A DNA stretch of 64,000 nucleotides, taken from NCBI GenBank assembly GCA_002633005.1, contig NMRA01000322.1, positions 372,001 through 436,000 of the forward strand, written 5' to 3'. A program made the translations under genes and the position numbers. The notes beneath the pieces were generated by a model. It worked only from the letters and a program-made list of their open reading frames with translations. It had not been told where the DNA came from and did no database searches. This stretch comes from Phoronis australis (taxonomy: Eukaryota > Animalia > Phoronida). Position 1 is the stretch's first letter. Each line of letters opens with the position of its first letter. Positions 1-12,500 of the stretch are shown here, piece by piece.

Positions 1-487
1 TGTTAATTTTTGATAAACTTACAACTTTCAAGTAAACATAAATAAATCTCCAAGCGCATTAAAACTCACTGGATTCTAATTAATTATGCGTGTCTCATTC
101 TGCAAGTGACGTTCGAGGCACAAGTCAAGCAAAAATGATGCAAGGCTCGTTTTTTTTAAAAACTTTTCTTGGGAAATCATGACTTCTCAAACTTTGCTTA
201 CCCTTCCTTAAATACGCCTTTGTGCAGCTTTTGAAAAAGAAACTCCGGACCTTGACTGATATTGAAGCGGATGTGCATTTCTTTTTTCATTCGGCGAGCG
301 CAGGTCTCAAAATAAGTCAGGGTACATACCACAACTTACATATGCTTTTCAGGCATTATATGTCACCGTTACTATCACTGCTCACTTCTTGTTCCTCTTT
401 TTCAAACCACCTCTCAGAGTTCTCCCACAAACCCCCCTACAACACCATGGCTAATCGACCAACTATACAGTTTGGAACAAACCACAC

Positions 488-583
488 CTTCCTGTGTTAT
501 GCAGATGGAGCCACTTCCCATGCCAACTCTCAGTGCGTCCACGCCAGCATCAATAAGGTTCTTCGCCTGAGCGGCCGTCACCA
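488..583 (-). CDS. IMPDH: IMPDH exon 10 with catalytic Cys loop ([32 protein letters not shown])
   Basis: 96 nt; TTTAG / GTGTGG; GSGSICIT active-site motif. Confidence 0.96.
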
Positions 584-3500
584 CTAAATAAAAAAATAAA
601 ACGAACGTCAAACCAGTATTTAATTGAAAAGTGATTTTTCTACTACAAGCCAAAAGTAAATGGATCTAAAACAAAATGGAGACTGCTATAAGCTTACCGT
701 TTCCGCCGATAACCTGTAGATGCGGGTATTTATTCTTCAACGTTTGGATCATCTTGATTTGGAATACAGAATTACCCTGAGAAGAGTCCTGGAAATGCAG
801 AGAAATAATTGAGTTAAATTTACAAAAACAACTAAATATTCTTACCGGTGAAAGCATTAATAACAAAATGTCAGTCGCCAGTTTCAGGTAGTCTGTTTCA
901 GCTTGCACCGTCCATGTCCAGAGACTTAATATGACTATTTAATACTACAAGCTAAATAGCATAGCAAGGCAAAAAGTCTCCAAGACTGCTCGACAGAATG
1001 TAGCAAACTATATGCCCCAAAAACAGTGCTCCAGGACTCGATTAATAGACTTTCGGCATAAAAGTGAACTTAGTTAGATCCTTTTTTGCAAGCCTTCGAC
1101 TTGAAGCAACTAAACAATAACTCATCACCGTTTCAATTTTCAAAAAGATACAAAGACCAGAACCAATTTATGGCCTAATAGTTAGTTGCATCTTCGTGTG
1201 TGTGTGTACCTGTGTGTATCCTGGTTATCTGGACAAAAACTTAGACAAACTGAGATCAGAGTAACAGGAGTCATTTTTATTGCTGCTTTTCATCGCAAAA
1301 AAAACAGTTACGCAGTCTTTTAATATACTTCACCTGCTTTGGGGGGAGGGGGGGTTCAACATGTTTTAACGATGTCACTAAGCGATACTAAAACATTCAA
1401 CTTTTGCCTTTCAGCATCACAATTTTTAAAACATCAAAAGTGTACGCTACCAGCAAGCCCAGACATCTTCCCTCCAGTGTGTGAAATGGTGATAGTAAAT
1501 GGTCTCAAAGTCTGTTGGGCCTATATTCCCTCACACGACCTACACTCCCCTGAGATGCGAAGGTCAGTAGTAAATAATAACTTCCTCTTAATTGTGGAAT
1601 ACGTCAAGTTTTGTTGAAAAAACGTAATTGGCATCTAATTTTTTCACTTCAATAGCAGATATCTTCATTCATGTTTTTAGCATACCTACTTCAGGGTTTT
1701 ACTATTTCTTTGTCACAAGTCAAGCACTTATCAACATTTTTGTACTCGCTGCCTTGAAGAAGAATCGCATGCCAAGATTTTTCTTGTATTATAATTCTTT
1801 ATTCAAGTTAATCACCAACTGTTAAGGTTTTGAGAATAGCTGCCACTTGTCTTTTAAGTATGGCAGAGTAAAGTTATTGAAATACAAAAACCAAGCATAC
1901 TTTTTATAACTTTGTTTATGTCCTACAATGTAAGTGTTTCAAAAAATATATTGACAATTTCAAGTCATAAAAAATAAAAAGATGATCCAAAAGATTGTAC
2001 ATTTTCAATTATTGCTTAAAATACTATAACGGTTTAAGAAACGTTTACTTAACTCTGTTTGATTAAGACAGCTAAACAAAACAAATCCTTAGGCCTTAAC
2101 ACTGACTGCTAGACTACCCAAGGTTCAACAACCAATTTCACAAATTCCCAGCAAACACCAGATGAGGTCGATGCCTCGATTTCAGAGGACTAACTGGAAG
2201 CCTTTGAGAGGAATGGGTCAATATATTGTGTATGTGTAACAACCAAACCAGAACCAAAGTCTTTATTTTCCATTTTATTGAGGTTCTACTAACCAGCACT
2301 ACTGCATCCACTCCAGCCTGTACAAGTAGCTCCACACGATGGTAGTCATCCTGATGAGTGCCCACAGCTGCACCAACCAACAGCTGCTTCCTGGAAAATG
2401 GACATTACCACAATGTGAGGCCATCAGCAGAATCTTTATCAGGTACTCAAAAGGTGGCGCAGGGCACACGTTTCTTGGAACTGACAAATAACAACCAAGG
2501 TATAAAATTGCAGTTTCATAATAAATGGACCAGGACAAATGTACTGCCAGCTGTGTATTACAGTGGAGAGAAATTAATGGAACAAAGTTGTATTGTTACA
2601 AATAGTGAAGACAGTATTAAAACTTTTATGTGGAGTTGTATCGTAAGTAAAGCAAATATAGCATTTGGTATTTAGTTGTTATCCCAGCACATTCACTAAA
2701 CTTTGAGAATGCGAATATGTTTCAACGTTTTCTTATACCCAAAAATGTGATCATACCATTTCAAACTTTTGTCAATCCAAACTCAAACTTGCTTAAATGT
2801 CTTAATATTTTTGACAGTTTTCCCTTAAATTGAAGGTGTACTCTGACTTAGGCAAGCATTTAATGAGAACCCTTTGTTATTAATTTAGCTTTCACAGAGT
2901 ATTTGATATGGGAGACCCACTGGCTAACATTTTAGAGTTCCTCATTCCACAGACTGGAAGTTGTCAATACTTTGAGGCATAACGAAATCTGCTGTCATCA
3001 GTAAATATTGCAATATTGATTTTGTGACAAACTGCGATATATCATAAAGTAAGATAGATAATTCATAAACCAGTCCCTGACTTCCTCCTTGGATACACCA
3101 AAATTGCACAACTTTCTTGAGAGAAAATCATCGTTGACCGTATCAGAGATTTGCATGGATGTTCATACTCTGCATTCTCGCCCTGGCAGTTTTTTTGTTA
3201 AAGATTAAGTTCTTTCCAGTCCTTGCAAGGCCATCATATCTTAACTGTACTTTAACACGATCAACAAAAACAGATTGTATCTGTCAGTTTAACTACAATA
3301 TAACTGGCATGCAGAAACAGTATTAGCGATGTAGTTAATGTAGTTAATGTAGTTAATGTAGTTAATGTAGTTAATGTAGTTAATGTAGTTACTAAATATT
3401 ACTTCTCATCCTTTGAGGCAAGAGGGAATTCTCGATTCTTCTTAAGATCTGTCCTTGCAATGATGGAAACTAATTCCCCCTTCTCATTGACGATAGGTAA

Positions 3501-6500
3501 TTTACCTGTCAAAATAGAAAAACAGTGAAAATGCACACGTGAATGAAATGTTACGTCATAAAACATACAGTAACTACAAACTGCTCGCCAAATTCTAAAC
3601 ATCTGTACGGTGTGCCAAGAAATCATTACCGTCTATCGTTAACATTTTTCAAATAATCATTAACAACTCATTAAAATCCAACTGATCACAAACGCGTTGC
3701 ACTTACGGCTTCATAATGAAGCATTTATCTGATGTTAACTTTATAAAATAAAACCAAAGCAGTTCATTGATATACGCCCAAAACGTGCATAGCATACAGC
3801 GCATATACAAAGGACGACTATTAATTTCAACAGTCCTACTAAAGGCAAAAATCAGGGACGCAACTAGGCTTTGAAAAATGGGGGGGCCCAAATTCGTGAC
3901 AATGATGAGTCGCACAAAGCACGATTCTTAGGCACTGAAGGGGGAGGTCGAGAGGAGGTTTCCCCTCAGGGAAAAATGGAATTCGTATAAAAGATTATTT
4001 ATCCTTGCATTTTAGCACACTGCTTGCATGTTTTTTTCTTATTCAAATGACGGCATAAGAAGGAAACTAAACAAACATGAAAAGGGTTTCCTCTATTCAA
4101 GATGTGTGCATTGTCACCAGAGTGCAGAAAAATAGAGATGTCTTTTTTGCAAGATAATCTGTGCAGAGCGGCGGGTTGAGACAAATAATTCACAGCACGA
4201 CTTCAGAACTCAATGTATCTTGAAGCTCTCATAAGAACAGATGTGTATTATTTTATCGCAGCTGAACAAGATAATTTAATCTTATGAGAAAACAATGAAG
4301 TTGTATTCGAAAGGACAGGAAGAAATTTCATTTCCTTGAGTACATGTGTTTGTCAACGTTTCATTACGCCACGCAGTACTACAATTCAAAAGCCTGCAGT
4401 GAACAATAGAACAGATAAATTCACAACTTAGGCTTTCCAGTGCTCAACACAGGTGAAAATCTACACTCGAAAATAGCAGTGACGGCATATTTGTATTCGT
4501 ACTTGTATTCCTGGATTTGGCGGCTAAAAACAAGTCTGGTTTGAAATTAGTGCTCGTATATTTGCTTTTTCCACTTGTATTTCCACGCGTTTTACTTGCA
4601 ATTTGGTGCCACCTGGAGTTTGACTACGGATGTCGCCAAAACATTGTTTTGAGTGTCATCTACAGCGCATTATACATGAACACTTCGTTAAAATTGACTT
4701 ACCAGACACAAAGTCAACCACAGTCTTTCATATGCTACAAATTTATTATTAAAAAAAATTTTTTGTTCTCTCGCACTTTTAAGAGCGGATTCCCGGTCTG
4801 CTTCGCAGACGAAGTGACAGAGATCGTGCATGCGACTAGCTGACCTATTTTTTTCCACATATGCCACTCTGCGGCATAGAAGCAAATACTCAAATCACCC
4901 AATTTGATGGAATTCTGCACTACATTGAAATATTTTGAGGCTTTTAATTTCATGCAAAGTTAGCCAATGAACATGTAACCAATATTAGTCACACTTTTTT
5001 TTCTTGTGAAGTTTACACTGAATCACTCTCATGCATCAATGTACGTCATTCAGCATGGGCAGATTTTTTTGACACAAGTTTTTTATTCATTTGTTAGAGT
5101 TGCAGCGGAACAGCGCAAACAAAGTGAGGAAGTTTGCATTTAGTTTTATCTGGTTTGCATGCTCAACGACATTGAAGACATTTGTACGGCAAGTCAGTCC
5201 TAGAATTTTGGCGGGTATGGTCATTTTTTCAACATGTATTTTCTCCTATTTCAAGTTGGCTGCTCTGTTGAATACTTAGTGCCGATTCAAATTCCACATC
5301 CGCAACAAGCATTAGGGGTGTGGCATATCCTTTGAGCTTTGGTTCTGTGTACTTCAATTTCAAAGATTGAGAGTCCACGTAGTGCTTGATGCAACATTTC
5401 TTGAAACTCGCCATATGCGTGGAATTCTGTTTGAGGTCACCCTAATGTCGCAGAACTGGGAGGTATTCCCCTAAAAATATGGCTGCCAGTATTTGCCGAT
5501 CACCATTGTGAACAGCTTATTATTTAAAATGACTTATTCTTATTAAAATGACATAGGCAGAAAATTGAATTTTAGGCCTAAAAAGCGAGGCCCCCTATGC
5601 CTATGTCATTTTAATAAGAATAAGTAATTTTGAATAATAAGCTGTTTGTGATATTTATGGTAGGAATTCATGGCAGTAGTCTTTAATCACGAGTTGTGTC
5701 TGAATATTTATCGAACTAAAACAATGGATTGTAGGTTTCAATAAAACTTATTAATCAGAAATTTTAAAATTCTTCGCTTGGACATCGTTTTCGCCGAGGT
5801 TGTCTTGAAACGAGCCGTCTTTTTTCTGTCGTGGCCGTCATTCATTAAACTGACTGTACCAATGACGGCTGCTAGACAAGCCAATGTTATTTACCTTTTT
5901 TGCTTTTTTGCAATATTGAATTAGCCTCATGGAGCGTGACGTCTGCCGCAGCCACAATCAAGTCCTCCCGTTTCGTCATAACCTGAGACAATACAATAAG
6001 AATTTCGCATGAATCTAAACAGCCCGATGCACTAACACTTAGAGTATCGATATGCAACCACTGTATGCATTTCATGTAGCAAAGATACAGGAATGATCAT
6101 TATATCTAAACAATTTTGGTAGAGGGCGTAATACTAGAGCTGGCTACCAAAAAACAAAACTGCCACTAGGGGGCAGCACAACACAGTTAGCCGTCCCATT
6201 ACTATCTTTTACGTACATGGTTTCATATACAAAGGGAATGGCGACTACAAAAAATAAATTGTCACGATAACCTGAATCATCGGAAATTAAACATGTGCCA
6301 TTCATTCATTGATACAAAGAAGGCAACACATTTGCAAAATTTTATAAAGATCCATCACAGGACACGGAATACATTGAAACAGATGCACGTAAGGATATGC
6401 CATATTAGTCACATCCATCCATCCAACAATCAACGCCTCCTGGGCTCTCCTCAATACGAGCATATTTATGAGTCAATTTGCAAAACTTCAAGAAGATCCA

Positions 6501-9500
6501 TAAAGTCTAGAAATGACAATTAATGAAAATATATTATACAACACTGAAACATTCGAATTTGCAACATTTGACAAAAAATCTGAACATTTAAGTGCTATCT
6601 GCACGTCTCAAATTACACTGTCTTTTACCTGCTTTAAAAATCCAATTTGTGCAGATTTGTATTACTGAGCAATTATAGTATTGCTTAGTCAGAAACTCTA
6701 TGCATAGGAACAGTCATAGTAAAATGGTAATAACATCTCATTGTAACTTTGCAGTATATGAAGCAAAAACTGTGCAGGAAATCACTGCTAAATGACCGTT
6801 GCTGTCAATCAAAAATGAACTGTCACAAAAAATTGCTCTACACGTTTTGACAGGTTTCTAGCAAGAACACATTACCAAACAACTGAATGAGTAAGTAGTG
6901 ACACGTGACAGTTTATGTACAAACACAACAAGTGACAACTAATAACTTGAAGAACACACAGCAGCTAGAGTATAGCAGTAATTCTCCACAAATTTCGCAC
7001 AAAATTTGAGCCAAATTTATTCAAAGGCTACTGCAAGCAACAGAGACTTGACCATATGTTGTTACATGACACAATTCTTCACTCATTTCGCACAAAATTA
7101 GAGCCAAATCTATTCAAAGGCTACTGCAAGCAACAGAGACTTGACCATATGTTGTTTCATGACACCTGCTGAGTACACACCATGTCAAACTAATGTTAAC
7201 TTGATATTTATTTTGCAGAGAAATTTTATACCATAGTACACTCATATTATGCGCTAAATATGTGAAGAACCCATAGTTTCAAAAATAATGCTGTGAATAG
7301 GAATGATAATTCTGATTCTAAACACATTTAAATGCATATCACAAAAATGTTGCATAAGTAACGACAAACAGGCATTTCAACAAGATTTACGAAACATGAA
7401 ACAAAATTCAATGGTTTCACAAACGAGAGCAACGCAAGAGCGTCGACATGCTCCACAATGCATCGCAAATGGTATGCCTCCAAGAGTACTCAATCAGCTT
7501 CATTGTAAAGTGCAATAATACAACAACAATTTGACCATTAAGAGAGCCGGTGGATTGTCTTCTTATACCTTGGAGTCAAGTTTCCTTGAAATCGATTATT
7601 CAGTTCTTTAGACACCATTCCCAAACGCTCTTTCCCACAACACTCAAAACCTCCTGTGGCCATTAGGAAATGCTGCAGTGGTTGAATCTGCCCAAAAATC
7701 AAGTGGTGCTCCTATGCTTGTGTATTGTAATCGCCTATCCCTCTAGTGAATTGTCACCACTCATCACTCTAGTGAATTGTCATCACCCACCTCTCTAGTG
7801 CATTGTCATCAACCATCCCTCTAAATCAAGTTTCATTGAAATCCATCAATCAGCTGACATTATGCTGAAACACTATTATTCATAAAACTATTCTGTCAAT
7901 CAGTTCTCTAAAGTGTCAAGCACTATATCAGTAATACCCCAATACCCTACACCACCGCTTCATCTAGTGTCGGTGAGCGTCTAAGGCATCCAGCTGGATG
8001 CCGAGTATTGGATTTGGATGCCTTTCAGAGGATGCCCAAACTCAATTTTGGACACCCAGTTTCATATCAACTTCGATTTTTGGATGCTCAGTTTATTTTT
8101 GTTAACCAGTGCTAGTGTTTGAGTGATTGGCGAGAGCAGCGAGCCAGCGATTTTCATATTGAGAAATGACCAAGAAAAGATTATAATCACAGCAGGCTTT
8201 GTGAGGAACACTCCCGCGTGGATTATCCTGTTAACAGTCAGATTATTTTACTTAAGTTTACTTTAATTATCGTTTGTTATATTTTATTTCAATAATACAC
8301 ATTTTATTAGTATCTCACTCTTCTTGTTTTTACCAAAAGACATAAATATTTTGCAATAATGCAACAGATCAACTTTTAGGGCGTGACGAGACACAAATCA
8401 ATGTGACGGAATTCCTATCCGTTCAGTCAGAAAAATGCTAGCAAAATCCTGGATGAAGCCGTGCCCTGCATCAAGATCTGACCACTGCCTATAGAGAAAC
8501 AAGTAGTCAGCCCGATACCCGGACTGGATGGTGACAATATGCAACCACATAATCATGTAGGCACATTAAAAAGACAACATACAAAACAAAAACGATGCAA
8601 TACAAGGTATCGTATATTTAAACTGCATTTAGCCCTGTTAAGCTGCCTAAAAACAAAAATCCAACTGGACCTTTTACCCTCATAAAATAAGTTTTATCTT
8701 GACTAAGGATTCTATTTCCTTTACCAAATTAAAACACAGGCAATGCGTATCAGTGTTTTCCACAACACCAAATTCAAACTAGAGCTGAGTTACAAAATTC
8801 CTGCACATAATTTTTATTCGAAAGTCTATGTCCACACTTTGGAGAGTTAGTATGCTCGGTCTTGAAATAAATGCATTGAAGTGGTACAAAAAATACAAAA
8901 TGTTCTAATTTAAGTAATAACCAACCTTCCAATCCTTCAAACTCATTGCATAGGTTTTCAAACTTGACGTAAGTAAGCCAAACTAGTCACCACAAAATTC
9001 AACAAGTCAAAACAGGTTGTGGAGAACGCTGCGTGCATGAGCAATTTTGGGATTGGCCAGTTCTAATAAACTGTCAGTTGCTTGTAGTTTTGATGTTCTT
9101 GTTGATAATACAAATCAAATCCTATCATGTTAAGGGTCATTTTTATTTTTTGTCAGCTAAACATGGCTAAAAGCAGCATTTAGTAATATATAAGTGACCG
9201 ATTGTTGACAGCAACTAACGCAGTACACAAGACATAACTAAACAAAAACAGTAAAAAAAGGGCAAAAATACAAAGTGTGATAATATTCTGTTAAAATGTG
9301 AATGTCTACATTGATTTCTTACAGTAAGATGCAAGAACCAGAAGTTTGAAGTTATTTAGACACCTGTTTAGGTAATATGATTATTACCTGGGGACAATCT
9401 ATTTCCCTCAATGGCGGAGCATGTTACATGTATTCAATTCATAAGGTCGCCCACCTTGATTTCAGTGAAAGTCTGGCAGAATTGGCGAAATAAAATAATA

Positions 9501-12500
9501 ACAATAACGTGATAAAATCACAAAGGATTTTGTTGTTTTATAGCCTAAGCTCTGGTCAAAGTTTAATACTAAAGTTCTTCAAATAGTCTATTGCGTCCAA
9601 CAATAACACCAAAACTGCATTCTTCGGCCATAAAACAATGATGTCCCATTAAAAACATATGAGTGAAATTACACGAGCATTGGTCTAGCAGTTTGGTAGA
9701 CAGTATCGTGGACTGTTGTCAGTTTCCACTACAAGCCATTTGTTCCACAACTGACCAATCGCAGGCTCCGCCCCCTTGCGTAATGTTGACTACCAAACAA
9801 TAAGTTTTACACGGCAACGGGTTGTTTGTCGGGTAAAATGGCGGCTTGGAAACGAAGGTGTGTCAAGAATGATGAGTTCTAAATGGTCAGTTAAGCCGTC
9901 ACTCAAAGTCCTGGCGATAGGTCAATTAGGGAGTGCCTCTGATACAAACCAAAATTCAAATCTTCAACAAGGCATTCAAATGGTAAGTAAGGAAGAGCTG
10001 GGCGCCATAAACTGAAATTACCACTAATGGCCGCACCACTTCATAGATTTCTCAGAACATTGATGAGTAGTGTGCATCCGCAGCACAATGGACAAGCTGA
10101 ATTTCGCAGTTGGGTGACTATAAAGAATTAATTGTCACACGGTCGAGCACATCATTCACCTGATTTGTCTAGAAATTAAACAAGTACTGGCAATCTTTGA
10201 TCTGGATACATCTGCCAGATTATATGAAGATCCATCTCAAGACTTGTTAGACAGTGAAGAACACACGCACAAAGAAAACTGACAAAACTGCCACAAGGGG
10301 GTGCCACAGCAGTTAGATGCATGTAGAAAACAAAGCCCTATGTGCTCTCCTCAATAGAAACACAGATGCCAAACCTCACAAAGATCGATAGCTAGATATT
10401 GATTCAGAAGAAGATGCAAAAAAATTCACTGCCACTATGATGCAGCACAGTGTACAGATCAGTCTGAAAATCAACAACTGTGCTGCCCTCAGTAGGACCA
10501 CATATGAAACTTCATTAAGGTACAGTGAGGAATTTTGAAGATACTGAGACGGACACAAAAATAAGATTGCCACTTGGGGACACACTGTACCTGGACCCAT
10601 CCAAAAATCAACATCAAACTCGCTCTGATCACCAAGAACACACCTGCCACCTTTCACGATAATTCGTAGGCAGACAAAAAAATAATAAAAAGGTCACAAC
10701 GAGGTACAGAATACGTCAAATCACTCCAAAAAAGACAGATGCCATAGTAGCCTTAATAAAAACTACTATTTACAAACGAAGGCACCTAATTGCACATTAA
10801 ATCGTAGTCTGAATGCGTTCATTGACTGCTTCACACGATAGATTCACTGTCGCTAACGTGATTTATTCCAGTACCACAATAATTCAAAGTTCTACCTATC
10901 GTTAGTAAAATCTTATACCTTTAAGTTTTTGTTGCAATGTATGTAATTACAACTCATTCACTCCTGCTATGAAACTTATTCCGAATGTTAATGTGGGACT
11001 TAGTGAAAAAATGGGAAAGAAATGAGAAATAACTGTTCAAGTTATGGCTTTCTTTGACAGCTGCCACAAGAATGCAATATCACCATAGCGAGTCCTCGCT
11101 TACATGAAATCGAGGAAGGCTTTAGCCTTTAATTAACAGTGTCGTTGACCTATCTTATGGATGACATTCAAGATATTGATCAAACAGTGCTTTATAAAGA
11201 ATTTGTGAAATAATTTCAAAGCAACGTCAATTATCAAATACAAAGTTAACGGATTGCGTTCTTGAACTCATTCCAGAGTCATTGATTGGTTCATCAACAA
11301 TGATCAATCTCAAAAAAAAATTTTCTTGTAATTTTCACCTATCTAATCAAGTAAATTAATTTTTATAAATAAGATCGTCAATAATATTGTTTTTAAATCA
11401 AGTGTTTAAATATTCAAATCTGGCTGTCTCACATTACACAAAATTTGTTACCTCAATAAAGAATGGCAGACAATCAGTATCACAAAATGTCAGAAAAAAA
11501 ACAGCTGAACACGACAGTTAAAACTACAATGACAAGAAAAACACACAAAAATCAGCAAACAATTAGTAGGTGGACAACAAAAAATTCATAGAACAATTCA
11601 AAGGAAACCATTGTCGGCCATACGACAAACCCATCAGCAGACAACGACGCGCCTTTTTACTGCAGTTAGTCCTACCTCATGTACCCTGACCGTGTGACGC
11701 TTATCTTTAGGGAGAAAGTCGACGTCACGCTGAGTGACGAGTCCGACCAGTTTCCCACCGACCCGACCATTGTCTGTCACCGGGAAGCCAGAGAAGCCGT
11801 GCTTCTTTTTGGCCTGGATCACATCAGCTATCGCCTGTCCCGGGGACATCACCACCGGGTCCATTATAAAGCCCTGTTCGTACTTCTACAAAGTTAAGAG
11901 CAAACCACACACAGGTCAGAAAACCAAACATTGAACTCCAAACTAAGCATTAGTTCTCACTTCCACTTGCCCAGCGGGGACACGCATTACAAGTAGTTTT
12001 AAAAATTAACGATGTCTCACCTCACCAAAATTGGCAGTTTTCACCCAATTCCCTTCAGGTTAACAGTAAATTATGCAGGTTTACCTTTCGCAGTCTTTTT
12101 CCAAGACAAATTACCAACTTCCCTTTTTCTGATAATTTCACAGAAACCAGACAAACATCGTCAATTTTTTAAAACCATTATAATGCAGGCAGTGGTGGCT
12201 ACACACACAAGTACGCACCTACCCACGTTAGCCTGTAAAAGCACGCACACAAAGTCCGGCTTGTACCCACTCGTACTCATTCACACTCATACACAAACAC
12301 ACAAACACACACACACACACATACCTCGGTGATAAGGCGGTGGTGTTCGTCTTGGGTTAAGAAGTCAAAGTCACGCTGAGTTACCAGTCCAAGGAGCTTC
12401 CCACCAATGCGGCCAGTGTCAGTCACTGGGTAGCCAGAGAAACCATATTTGGCTTTTAACTCAACGGCCTGGTGGACAGTGGCGGTGGGCAGGATGCAGA

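Noticed and set aside
10376-10657. ORF segment [16 protein letters not shown] faintly resembles [15 protein letters not shown], suggesting a third exon-5 copy
   Set aside because: No upstream QGFI/GFSG/PVTD similarity, wrong spacing and no phase-0 ~207-nt exon boundaries; likely chance.
10915-11005. Minus-strand TLQQKLKG followed by GT, like an alternative exon 6
   Set aside because: In-frame TAA, wrong length (80 nt) and negligible similarity elsewhere.
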